In this document: in pieces, positions 17,692-27,400 of the stretch
Layout: the number at the start of each line of letters is the position of its first letter
How positions within the stretch are numbered: position 1 is the first letter of the stretch
Origin: Candidatus Nanohaloarchaea archaeon
GTDB taxonomy: Archaea; Nanohalarchaeota; Nanosalinia; Nanosalinales; Nanosalinaceae
Assembly: GCA_041640035.1 (NCBI GenBank)
Contig: JBEQBC010000007.1
Span: forward strand, 1 to 34,144
Reading direction: 5' to 3'
DNA: 34,144 bases
Translations under genes and position numbers: made by a program
Notes under the pieces: model-generated
Told to the model about the DNA's origin: nothing
Database searches by the model: none
The model's input: only the letters and a program-made list of their open reading frames with translations

Positions 17692-18123
17692 TTAGTTCTG
17701 TTCACCTCTGAAATCGGAACCGATGTGCTCTGAGATTTCGGTCAGGGAGACATAGTTCCTGTTCTTCAGGTCTTTGCCTTCCTTGACTTCTACCTCTTCT
17801 ACTTCGTCGAATCTGTCCGGTACCTGTAGGTATGCTCGGACATTCGATCTGAGTTCTCTTCCGTCCGGTCCGTCAGGAAGCATGTTCTTGACTGTACGCT
17901 TCAGGATCTTGTCCGGACGCTTCTGGAAGTAAGGTCCGCGGTCTCTTCTTCCACGGTCAAACTTCTGTTTGTAGTCTGCTAGTACTTTTTCTTTTTCTCC
18001 TGATACGACTGCGTCTTCGCTGTTGACGATGTGTACTTCTTCGCCGTCTTTTACTCTTCTTGCTACTTCTGATGCGAGTCGTCCCAGGATCTTGTTTTCT
18101 GCGTTGATTACTGTTGCGCTCAT
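17692..18123 (-). CDS. rpl13: 50S ribosomal protein L13 (uL13)
   Basis: VINAENKILGRLASEVA, IVNSEDAVVSG and RPDKILKRTVKNMLP. Confidence 0.96.
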   Translation of the reverse strand: MSATVINAENKILGRLASEVARRVKDGEEVHIVNSEDAVVSGEKEKVLADYKQKFDRGRRDRGPYFQKRPDKILKRTVKNMLPDGPDGRELRSNVRAYLQVPDRFDEVEEVEVKEGKDLKNRNYVSLTEISEHIGSDFRGEQN

Positions 18124-18470
18124 TTTACGATTTTCACCTCTGAACCTTCAGGGTTTTCGTCCAGTAGGTCACGGATGAACTTGAACTCTCCGTTTTCGTT
18201 TATCTTGTTTTTAGCTCCTGTGGAAGCTTTGAAAGCTGCAACTTCAACCTCTTTGCTCAGGATACCTGAGCCGAGTACCTTTCCTGGTACTACTACCGTG
18301 TCGCCTTCTTCTGTCACTCTCTCGATATCTGAGATGTTGACTTCAGGTCTTTGACGGTTTACTTTTCCAAGGTTTTCAGCTACATCTTTCCAGATGTTTG
18401 CGTCCTGCTGTTCGAGTGTTTCGATAGTCTCACGCAGGACAGGGTTCGTAGGGTCTGCTTTTTTATCCAT
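18120..18470 (-). CDS. rpl18e: 50S ribosomal protein L18e
   Basis: TNPVL, IWKDVA, VNISDI, VVVPGKVLGSG and VAAFKAS. Confidence 0.96.
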   Translation of the reverse strand: MDKKADPTNPVLRETIETLEQQDANIWKDVAENLGKVNRQRPEVNISDIERVTEEGDTVVVPGKVLGSGILSKEVEVAAFKASTGAKNKINENGEFKFIRDLLDENPEGSEVKIVK

Positions 18471-18544
18471 GAAAAATTTTACACCTCGCGGCCTTGAAAC
18501 GCCACTTGTCGGTACAATTGAAGATAAACCTGAAAATTTATAAA

Positions 18545-19450
18545 TCAGGTTTTCCTGTTTGTTGGTTCGATACGGTCAAGGAAGAAACTGTTTTGCCGGC
18601 CTTCCTCTGCTTCATAGTAGAACTGAAGTTTCATGGTTTGATTCAGTTCAAATTTTGCCTCCTGTTCCCGGAATAGTTTTCGCAGACTGTACAGGTTGGT
18701 CTCATTCTGTTTGAAGTCTTTTCTTTCTGTGAAATCTATCTTAATCACTCCGTCCTTGCTTGTTGTGGAACTGTTTGCTGGAAGCACTCTGATCCCTGTT
18801 GAAGTTCTGGAGAGATTGTTGAACCTGGCTTCTACAGCTATGTATTCCGTAAGGTTGAACTCCTGGGCAAGGTAGTACCCCATATCTCTGCTTAACTTGG
18901 TTCTAGGGAATCTTTCGATCTCTACTCCTTTCATGTTCTTGTTGAATCTCAGGTCTGTGAAGGTCCCGGTGAAAAGTTCTTTCCATCCTGGCGGCTTTCC
19001 TCCGAATGAAACCAGTTCTGTATTTCTGATCGTGCTGTTCTCTATTTTCACCTGGTTGTACAGGGTTTTCTCAGCTGTCTGACCGGTTTTCAAGTCTTCC
19101 ATAAGAACTGTGAACCGGTCTTCTTCCGCTGCTATGTAGGTGTAGTTGTGTGGACTTAATGTAACGCTCGTATTTTCGCTAGGACCTATCGAGGTCTTAT
19201 TGTCCATGAAGAGTCTGTGAGGTCCTTTTGCCGTCGGTTCGATTATGTAGAAGCGAGGTTCTATACTGTTCTCCTCGTTATTTGTGATGTTGAGAGTGAT
19301 TTCCTCGTATCCTGCGCCGTCTGTTAACTCTCCTTTCGAATCTAACTCTATCTCTGTGTTTAAACTTACATCAAACATCTGATAGAATCCTATAAACCCT
19401 GTCAGGAATACAGAGAATACGATTAACGCCTTAAGTCTTCTTTTATCCAA
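18545..19450 (-). CDS. Membrane-anchored extracellular protein, sequon-rich (paralogue of 20743..21594)
   Basis: TTG start, N-terminal TM and 10 N-x-S/T sequons. Confidence 0.78.
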   Translation of the reverse strand: MDKRRLKALIVFSVFLTGFIGFYQMFDVSLNTEIELDSKGELTDGAGYEEITLNITNNEENSIEPRFYIIEPTAKGPHRLFMDNKTSIGPSENTSVTLSPHNYTYIAAEEDRFTVLMEDLKTGQTAEKTLYNQVKIENSTIRNTELVSFGGKPPGWKELFTGTFTDLRFNKNMKGVEIERFPRTKLSRDMGYYLAQEFNLTEYIAVEARFNNLSRTSTGIRVLPANSSTTSKDGVIKIDFTERKDFKQNETNLYSLRKLFREQEAKFELNQTMKLQFYYEAEEGRQNSFFLDRIEPTNRKT

Positions 19451-19454
19451 AATT

Positions 19455-20708
19455 CTACCACTTCAGTTTATCCAGGTCAGGTGAGACCAGTTTTTCATTT
19501 TTAGCGAGATAAACTATCACCATTATCGGTATCATAACCAGCAAGTATTTTCCAGCGGATCTGTAATTAAACCAGAGGATCAGTGACGGCATTATCCATG
19601 CGATCCATTTTAGTTCATCGAAGTAAAGCCAGTAAAACGCCATTGAACAGACGATGAATAGCAGCATCACTGCTGTGAAGAAACTGTTTGGAAGATAGCT
19701 CAGGGACAGGCTTAGCTGTGAAAGACCTACTCCTAACTGGATCAAGGTTCCTTCCGAGGAAAGCGGCGTGAAGACTCCCTGAAGCCATGAAATAGGGTTA
19801 TCCAGGAGGAAAGGCAGATTTGGAAGTAGAAACACTGTTCCTACAACTCCGAACTGTTTGAAATTCTGTATAACTCCTTCTCTAAGTGTATCGTTTTCTT
19901 TTAGTATCCATATTGCGAGGAAGGGGGCGGTAAACCATGGTATCTGTTTGAAAGCGTAGGAGATACCCAGGAAAATAAGTGAAAGATATCTTTTTGGTTG
20001 CCAGAACCAGATAGCTAGGAGAAGCATTGAAAGCCATGTAAATTCTACTCCGGAGAACTGAAGACCGTTCACGAAGAAATGAAAGGTCAGTCCTCCTAAA
20101 AGGCTGTATTCAGGGTCTGCTGCCAGGACGAAGATAAGTCCGGATAGCAAGACGAAAAGCGAAGTAGTGAAAAACAGGTTAGTGTAGCCTAAAGCGACCT
20201 GTGGAACAAGGTAAAGAAAGGAAAGAGAGGGATAAGACAAGTTGCTTACATATCCTCCGTTCATCAACGGGGTTCCTTCTTCCACATCCTCAAAATTGTC
20301 TATAGAAGGCAGCATTGAATGATTGTACGGGTTTTCACCTTGAAGCGTTAGATTGGCCGAGTAAACACTGAAGGCTCCGATATCTGCTTCAGCTCCGGTC
20401 CTTAAATCATCTGCTGAAACACTGAATATCATCACTATGATCAGGAAGATCACTGATACAATCTTCAGATATTTTTTCTTGTCGATATCTGAGAGAATCA
20501 GCACCGCGGCGCTGAAGACCAGACCGAAACTTATCCAGTTCAGGATGAGTGCTGTTGTATCACCTATCGCATACTGGGCGTTCCTTACAGTTCCCGCGAC
20601 CAGATACAGGCTCATGATCACAAGCAGGATATCAGCAACATCCAGAGGATTCTCAACATAATCTCTTACCGGATATCTCTCCTTCAGTTCCTCGTAGTCA
20701 AAATCCAT
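19455..20708 (-). CDS. Polytopic GT-C-type glycosyltransferase (GT87/DUF2029-like)
   Basis: Acidic loop (EAD), G.NPY, YPSLSFL, AFKQIPW, LPNLPF and many TM segments. Confidence 0.75.
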   Translation of the reverse strand: MDFDYEELKERYPVRDYVENPLDVADILLVIMSLYLVAGTVRNAQYAIGDTTALILNWISFGLVFSAAVLILSDIDKKKYLKIVSVIFLIIVMIFSVSADDLRTGAEADIGAFSVYSANLTLQGENPYNHSMLPSIDNFEDVEEGTPLMNGGYVSNLSYPSLSFLYLVPQVALGYTNLFFTTSLFVLLSGLIFVLAADPEYSLLGGLTFHFFVNGLQFSGVEFTWLSMLLLAIWFWQPKRYLSLIFLGISYAFKQIPWFTAPFLAIWILKENDTLREGVIQNFKQFGVVGTVFLLPNLPFLLDNPISWLQGVFTPLSSEGTLIQLGVGLSQLSLSLSYLPNSFFTAVMLLFIVCSMAFYWLYFDELKWIAWIMPSLILWFNYRSAGKYLLVMIPIMVIVYLAKNEKLVSPDLDKLKW

Positions 20709-20742
20709 GGTTAACTATTTGTCCTTCTAACTGTTTATAGAT

Positions 20743-21594
20743 TTACTCCGGGTTGTAGAACCGGTACTGATTGATTTGAATCCAGTGGAAATCCTTCTGA
20801 TGTGATCTAAAAGCTAGTTCATATACAGTCTCTTCGCTCCTGGTGGAACCGAACTCTTCTGTAAGATTGACTTTCCTCTCGAAATACTGGGTGCCGTTAC
20901 GGTTATCCAAACTGATATCGAACTCTTTATCATTTACAACTGCCTTAAGTTCCGTCTCCTCTCCGAGACCTTCGTATTTACCGGAAACAACTAATCTTTC
21001 GTTTAATCTGTAATTATCCCTGTATGTGAAACCACAGACATTACTGCAGTTCCTGAAAGAGGCATTCAAACCTTTGTTCACCATACTCATGTTGTAGTCG
21101 CCGTTACCGTAGATGGAGCCGGTCCAGTGAGACCTATAACCGCTCGTTTTGACAAAATAAGGGTTTTTCTCTGAAAGGTACTCGTTATCGAAGCTTACTA
21201 TCCTTGAATCGAATCTCCCTGTTTCTCTATCCTTTATAATCAGCATGTAGTCTCCTGCAGGAGGTATCAAACCTCTTTTCTCATCCAGGAAGCCTGTGAT
21301 ATTTGATTTTTCTCCTTGAGCTAGAACGGTGCTATTTGTCTGTAATTTGACTTCTCCTCGCTGTCTGGGACCGACAGCATACAAAACAGGTTCAAGAGAA
21401 CTGTTCTCGCTGTTCTCTACAGAGTAAGTAAAACCTTCGTACATAGAGCTATCGTTAGCAGTAATTTTATCGACCATTTCTATTTCTGCATCAATTTCAG
21501 AGCTGAAAAAACCATATAAAGCAGCTGTTGCTACTAGAAAGAATACTGCTATCCCTATACCTGCCTTACCTCTGCTCGGAGAAATCTCCCGCAC
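20743..21594 (-). CDS. Membrane-anchored extracellular protein, sequon-rich (paralogue of 18545..19450)
   Basis: GTG start, N-terminal TM and 9 N-x-S/T sequons. Confidence 0.78.
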   Translation of the reverse strand: MREISPSRGKAGIGIAVFFLVATAALYGFFSSEIDAEIEMVDKITANDSSMYEGFTYSVENSENSSLEPVLYAVGPRQRGEVKLQTNSTVLAQGEKSNITGFLDEKRGLIPPAGDYMLIIKDRETGRFDSRIVSFDNEYLSEKNPYFVKTSGYRSHWTGSIYGNGDYNMSMVNKGLNASFRNCSNVCGFTYRDNYRLNERLVVSGKYEGLGEETELKAVVNDKEFDISLDNRNGTQYFERKVNLTEEFGSTRSEETVYELAFRSHQKDFHWIQINQYRFYNPE

Positions 21595-21664
21595 GACTAA
21601 GTATTAGGTTCTCTCAGGTTTAAACAGTAACCTCTCAAATGTACTCTGTCCTGAATCTAGAAGG

Positions 21665-22357
21665 TTACTCCCAGTACCGGTTTTTCCTGATTTTCAGGCT
21701 TGGAACATAGTGTAGAAAGTTGACTGCTTCTTTCCAGTCCAGGCTGCTGGAACCATTCAGTCTTCCCTGGAAAGTGTAGCCTACTTCCTCGACCTCTCCT
21801 TCTACATCCGCTAGTATTTCCAGAAGTATTTTGAATCCTTTCGGGTTCAAACGGTCCAGGTCGACTTTGTCGAGGTTGACTGCGAAGAATCCGCTCATAG
21901 GGTCGGATACCTGTCTAGCGTCCCTTATCCAGGTCTTCGAGTATGTTTTTCCAAACAAGCTGATCAGTTTCCGTTTCGGTGTCCATTCCTCGACCTCTCC
22001 ATCTTCACTGTGTCGAGTTCCTACTGCCAGATCTGAGTCTCCCAGTTTTTCCACCAGTTCGCTTACTCTGTGTGTAGGGTGCTGCATGTCTCCGTCCATA
22101 ACCACGGCCCGGTTCCATGTCGCATGTTTGAAACCGGTTAGAACACTTCCTGCCAGGTCCATATCCTCTCTGACCAAGGTGTGAACCTCCTCACAGTGAC
22201 TCTCCAAAGCCCGGAGTTCCTCAACTGTGCCATCGCTGCTTCCGCCGTCAACGAAAATCACTTCGAAGTCATGGCTCAGTTCTCTCTCCAAACCCTCATA
22301 CAGGTTAGAGACATTACCGGACTCATTCAAAACAGGTACAACAATAGAGACACTCAT
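21665..22357 (-). CDS. GT2 glycosyltransferase, polyprenol/dolichol-phosphate mannose synthase-like
   Basis: SIVVPVLNE, VDGGSSDGT, VMDGDMQHP, SDPMSGFFA and GFKILLEIL. Confidence 0.92.
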   Translation of the reverse strand: MSVSIVVPVLNESGNVSNLYEGLERELSHDFEVIFVDGGSSDGTVEELRALESHCEEVHTLVREDMDLAGSVLTGFKHATWNRAVVMDGDMQHPTHRVSELVEKLGDSDLAVGTRHSEDGEVEEWTPKRKLISLFGKTYSKTWIRDARQVSDPMSGFFAVNLDKVDLDRLNPKGFKILLEILADVEGEVEEVGYTFQGRLNGSSSLDWKEAVNFLHYVPSLKIRKNRYWE

Positions 22358-22414
22358 GTTATAGAGAAAAATGGGGGAAACTGGTTGAAAAAGGAATAAG
22401 GTCGCTGGTAGAGG

Positions 22415-23107
22415 CTAGGTTTCTATATCTACCTGGCTTTTTTCTATCCCTTTCTGAAGTGATGCGATGTTTTTGACAGCTTCTTCGGTGTTTTCACCGG
22501 CTATTATCAGGGCATTGTATTCTTCGTTTTTCAGAGCTGAGGCATCTAACCTTGGGTTGACTTGTTCCAGTTTCTCTGCCAGTTCGTTGACTGATGTGCT
22601 GCCGTGGATTACATATCCGTCATTTACCGATGTCTCCAGCTGAGCGGTCTCCTCTTCCTGATTGATATCCTCGATCTGTACTTCTAGGTCTCTGTAGCTC
22701 AGTGTTTCGTCCTCGCTGTATGCCTGGTCGTGTTTGATTTCCCCTTGTTCTCTGACTGTCAGGTAGGCTGCGTTTTCTCCGTCTGTATCTGTCAGCTGTA
22801 CTTTGTAGTCGTTGATCTCTACTTCTTCGGTTACCTGTACGGTTTCGCAGTCTCTTCTTTGAAGATTGAGGATCTCCAACTGTTCCAGATCTGTTTGTTC
22901 CGGCTGTAACAATAGTTCTTCTTTTATACATGGGTTTTCGGTGCTTGGTTCGGCAGAACTTGTCTCTGCTTGTTCGAGGTCCTTCAAGCCTTTTTCCAGA
23001 GTTCCGTAGTTTGTCTGTGCTGAGGCTCCGGGAACTGTGATGAGTGTGGCGCCAATCAGCATTACGGATCCGGTCAGGCCTTTAAGGACTAGGCTGTCGT
23101 TTTCCAT
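22415..23107 (-). CDS. Secreted miniature S-layer-protein paralogue
   Basis: Signal peptide ending ASA|Q. The C-terminus (VIHGSTSVNELAE...YNALIIAGENTEE) resembles the C-terminus of the S-layer protein. The likely start is MENDSL at 23107. Confidence 0.7.
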   Translation of the reverse strand: MENDSLVLKGLTGSVMLIGATLITVPGASAQTNYGTLEKGLKDLEQAETSSAEPSTENPCIKEELLLQPEQTDLEQLEILNLQRRDCETVQVTEEVEINDYKVQLTDTDGENAAYLTVREQGEIKHDQAYSEDETLSYRDLEVQIEDINQEEETAQLETSVNDGYVIHGSTSVNELAEKLEQVNPRLDASALKNEEYNALIIAGENTEEAVKNIASLQKGIEKSQVDIET

Positions 23108-23205
23108 AACGAAGTTTTTCACCCTGTTGGGTATAGAAATCTTTGTGTAGTTGTCAATAAAAAACAGTGGTTACCTGTTAGACAGTTACCGAACAGAAAA
23201 AATTG

Positions 23206-23754
23206 TTATTGGCCGTACATCCGTGGCTGCGGCATATCAACGGTGTCAAGCGGGTTCAGGTCGTAACGGGCTTCCAGGTAGTCCATCATCTCCATCCCGT
23301 CGATCTTCTTATCGAACTTCTCAAGGATGCTGCGATACATGCTCTCCGCCTTCCTGTAATTGGTCAGGAACTCCTGTTCCAACTCTCTGTCCGCATCCTG
23401 ATCAAGATGGTAATCAGTATGACTTCCTTCACCGAAGAAATCGTCCTCACCAATCTCCCGCTCGATCCTTCTTGCCTCCTCCAGTTCATCTGTGAAGTCC
23501 TCTAAAGCAGCAGGTACATCATCTATCATGAAGTCGACCAGTTCCTCGTCAAGCTCCTCACCTTCTTCTCCATTACGATCTTTCCGTCTTCTCTCCACAG
23601 CTCTTCCGTACAACCTGTTAAGTGTGTCTTCGACGGATTCAGCCAGTCTTCTCAGGTGTTCTCCCTGGCCTGGTCTGATGTTCATCCATGGTGCGCCACT
23701 GAAATCGTAGGTATCCGGTATCTCCGGTTCCGGTAATCGAGGGTCTTCAGCCAT
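23206..23754 (-). CDS. Hypothetical acidic helical protein
   Basis: 182-aa ATG ORF that overlaps the upstream gene by 8 nt. Confidence 0.75.
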   Translation of the reverse strand: MAEDPRLPEPEIPDTYDFSGAPWMNIRPGQGEHLRRLAESVEDTLNRLYGRAVERRRKDRNGEEGEELDEELVDFMIDDVPAALEDFTDELEEARRIEREIGEDDFFGEGSHTDYHLDQDADRELEQEFLTNYRKAESMYRSILEKFDKKIDGMEMMDYLEARYDLNPLDTVDMPQPRMYGQ

Positions 23755-24286
23755 AACGCAGTGACTCCTCCTTCACTTCCTCTATGGTTTCATCCAGGTC
23801 TTCGTGGTACTGACGCAGTATGTCTCTCATACCGATTACACGCAGCCGGTCATCGTCCTTCCACGGTCTTATCTCGTACTCGTGCCTGTCAATTTTATAC
23901 GCTGCTTCCCTCTGTGAAAGATAAGCGTCGACTTCCTCAGTTGATACAGTGCCTTCTCCATGAAGACTGTTTACCACTTCTGCGATCTGAGGTGTCGCCA
24001 GTTTGTTCGCTAATCCGTCGACATAGTCTTCTAATGCTGGTACTTCGTCTTCAGCGATGTATTTTCCGTCTATATCCTCTGAAAGATAACTGGGTTCGAC
24101 TTCACTGTTTCTGAACCTTACCTGTTCCTCCCTGCCTTCCTCCGGTACGGCTTCGATATCATTTCTTTCCAGCAGTTCGACTATCTCCCCTCTCTCCAGG
24201 TCTGTCTCCTTAGCAATCTCACTGGGATTCCTCCACTTCTCTAAGAACCGGTGGAGTACATTTTGCTCGTCGACCTGTTCACTCAT
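23747..24286 (-). CDS. Hypothetical protein with possible HTH motifs
   Basis: NPSEIAKETDLERGEIVELLE and TPQIAEVVN....VSTEEVDAYL patterns. Confidence 0.7.
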   Translation of the reverse strand: MSEQVDEQNVLHRFLEKWRNPSEIAKETDLERGEIVELLERNDIEAVPEEGREEQVRFRNSEVEPSYLSEDIDGKYIAEDEVPALEDYVDGLANKLATPQIAEVVNSLHGEGTVSTEEVDAYLSQREAAYKIDRHEYEIRPWKDDDRLRVIGMRDILRQYHEDLDETIEEVKEESLRYG

Positions 24287-24364
24287 TACAATGTACTAAA
24301 CCACAACCAAAATTTATCAGTCTGATGTAACAACAAAAAGGTACTCTGGTTTACAAGCTAAGAG

Positions 24365-24404
24365 TAATAGAATAGAAAGAGAAGAAGAGAGAGAGAGGAA
24401 AAGT
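24365..24404 (-). terminator. Putative pyrimidine-tract terminator of the S-layer gene
   Basis: The minus strand reads ACTTTTCCTCTCTCTCTCTTCTTCTCTTTCTATTCT immediately after the stop codon. Confidence 0.5.
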
Positions 24405-27400
24405 TTATTCCTCTACAAGTTCGCCGGTCTCACTGTCGATAACGGCCTGAGACTTACCTTCCAAGTCCTCAAGGTTCTCATCATAATCAGCAAGGAAGTT
24501 ACCTGCTGCCGTAGTGTCCTCAGCGGTCTGACCAGCAACAACCAGTGCATCATAACCATCAGTGAAGGCATCCGAAACCATCTGAAGCAGTCCCTCACCT
24601 TCAGTATACTCATCACCGGTCCAGGAATCACCCTGTTCAGCTAGGTCCTCTGTGAGATCGTTCACATCAGGACCACCGACTAGAATTAGGTCTTGGCTGG
24701 TACTTGCTTCGCTGTCAAGTACACCTACTTCAGATGTACCCTGAGGTTCAATCAGGTTGTAAGAACTGTCACCTGACTGGCTTGTGGAAACCTCTCCAAC
24801 AGCATGACTAGCATAACGCTGATTCTCTGGGTAACTGAAGCTTGCAGAACCTTCAGGCTCGAAATCAACCTGAGTACCGTAGTTACTGATTGTGGTGGTT
24901 TCGGAAGTGGTTGAACTGATGCCGTTGTTTGAATCAAGACTGTCCACTTGATTACTTCCATCGTAACCGACTTGCAGGTTATCAAAGCTACCGCTTCCTT
25001 CTTTCACATCAATAGCTGAGTTGCCTGAGTCATAACGGATTTCTGCTCCTAGCTGAGTGTCAAGAGTCTTATCCGAACTGCTTAGAGTGAAGTCTTCTTC
25101 ACCGTTTCCACCAGTACTATCGAAGCTTGTAGTGAAAGAGAATCCATAACCTGTATCATGAGTGGTTGAACTATCTCCTACGCTGACAGTTTGCTCAAAT
25201 GTTTCGTATGAAACTGTCACCTCATCAGCGGAATCATCAAACTGCACTCTTACAGGATGTCCGCTTACATCAGTGTAGAGATCCTTATCTCCAGAACCAT
25301 CTTCTAGGATGCCTCCAGAAATACTGCCGGTAATGACTGTGTCGGTTCCGGCTTGGTAGACACTATCGCCATCATCATCTACAATTGCGTCTCCGTCCAC
25401 ATAGGCGTTGTCTTCATCGTCACTGGTGTGCTTAATATTGGTTCCGAAGTTGTGTAGTGTTTTTCCGCTTAGAGCAACCTGGTTATTTCCAGTGGTTATC
25501 TGGTTAACTTCAAGGATGTCTTGGCTGCCATCGTATGCATTGCTTCCGACATACATTGTCTTTCCAGCTGTGAAAGATTGCTGGCTGTTGGAAAATCCGC
25601 CTGAGACAATCACTGTGTCAGTTCCTGAGGCATCCAAATTTGTATCGCTACTTCTTATGATGGCTTCGGATCCAACATCTAATGAGGTATCTCCGGTATT
25701 CTCGAGATAATACTCATCTAGTTGATTTAATGACACTCCTACATCAGCACCTGTTGATGTCACTCCGCTTCCAGCGGAGTATGTCTGAGTTGAGAAAATC
25801 GTCGCTCTTACATCTGTTGCGGCGATTGAACCACTTCCGTCATGATCGACATAGATTGCCTTATCGGCAGAATAACCTCCGCTTTCATCAACATCCCAGT
25901 AGGAAAGTTGCGCAGATCCTAGATTCCCGTCGAAATTGTTGGCAGGACCATAGCTACCGGAGGTAATGTCGTAATCTACAGCTTCAAATGTTGCTCCTTG
26001 CGAACTTTGATCTGTTCCAAAGTCTAGTATTACGCTATCTCCAGAGCCGTAAGAACCATCATCTCCTCCGGCAGTATCATAATCAATATTGTTGAGGGTG
26101 GCGGTGCCGTCGAAATTTACACCGCTGGAGGTTGCTACATATGGACTATTGCCTTCAGGGAAGACAATATCTCCGGATGAGATGCCTGAACTCGAGTCTG
26201 TATCGTATACAAGTTCGTCTCCATCACTGTATGAACCGGTGGTAGATCCATCTGCATCTACATAATGCCATGAGCCAGTCAGAGAACTCAAAGTAAATCC
26301 TGTATCAAAGTCGGCTGAACTGACTTGTGCAGGTCCTGTTCCTGCTAAGTTTCGGTTTATGTCACCTGTAGAGCCTCCTGATGAAGTTGATGCTACTGTG
26401 ATTGAAGTTTCTCTTGTAGCAGTGCTATCAACTGTTGATGCAGAAGTAGAGTAGATTGGTTCTAGTGCGTTTCCTGAGCCGTCTCCAGTGTATTGACTGT
26501 CAGCCTCTGTGTCTACATATTTTACAGAGGAACCGATGGCTGAAAGGACGCCACTACTTCCGCCTTTCTCTATCTCACCTGGATTCAATTGATTGTCACC
26601 ACTGTCTACAATTGCCTGGTTTCCATCGAATCCTGACGAGCTGGCGATATAATATTCAGAAGCTGAAAAATCAGATATGGTAGAACTTCCTAAGTTTGAG
26701 TTTCCTACCTCCCTAGTTGCCTTTAGAACATCGTCTTCGTCTTCGTATGTTCCAACATTAGTTCCATCATCTACGAACATGGTAGGACTAGTTGTTGATC
26801 CATCATTGAAGTTATAGAGTGTGCTCGTAGCTCCTGCTACCAAATTCCGGATGTCTAGACTCTGGTCGAATCCTTCTTTGTCTGTGTATTCGACGGTGTA
26901 GTCTTCGCTGAATGTGATTTCTTCTGTTGCTTCGTTGGTTAGTCCGGTGTTTGCAAGTGTGAAGTAGCCTTGTGGTCCTTGGAAGCTGTCTCCTGCCTCT
27001 AGGGCTTCGACTTCGTCTTCGTTCAGGTTGTCACTGTTTTTGTCGACTGCTGCTACCTGGTTGGATAGGCTGATCTTGGAGATTTTTCCACTCTGGAATG
27101 TTAGACTGGTTTTGTAGTCTGGTGTGATTTCGCTGTCTTCTCCGTCTACAAGTGTGTATTCGCTGTAGGTGGATGTTACATCTATGTAGTCTCTCTGGCT
27201 TCCGAAGAACACGCTGTCTGCTGTTACTTCGAATTTTCCGTTGTCTACCGTTGTTGTGTTGCCTGTTCCGAGCCCTGTTGATTTCAGTTCATCTCCGTCT
27301 TTACTGATTGATACATAGATTTCGCTGTTAGACTGGTCCTTGTCGACTACTTCTACTGTGTATGGTCCGTGTGTGTAGCTGTCTCCAACTTCTAATCCGT

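Noticed and set aside
24361-24404. GA microsatellite or CRISPR-like repeat
   Set aside because: A short irregular purine tract right after a stop codon, better explained as a terminator. There is no repeat-spacer periodicity.
25290-26850. Intein or diversity-generating retroelement target in the S-layer gene
   Set aside because: No intein termini or homing-endonuclease motifs, no reverse transcriptase and no near-identical template/variable repeat pair were seen.
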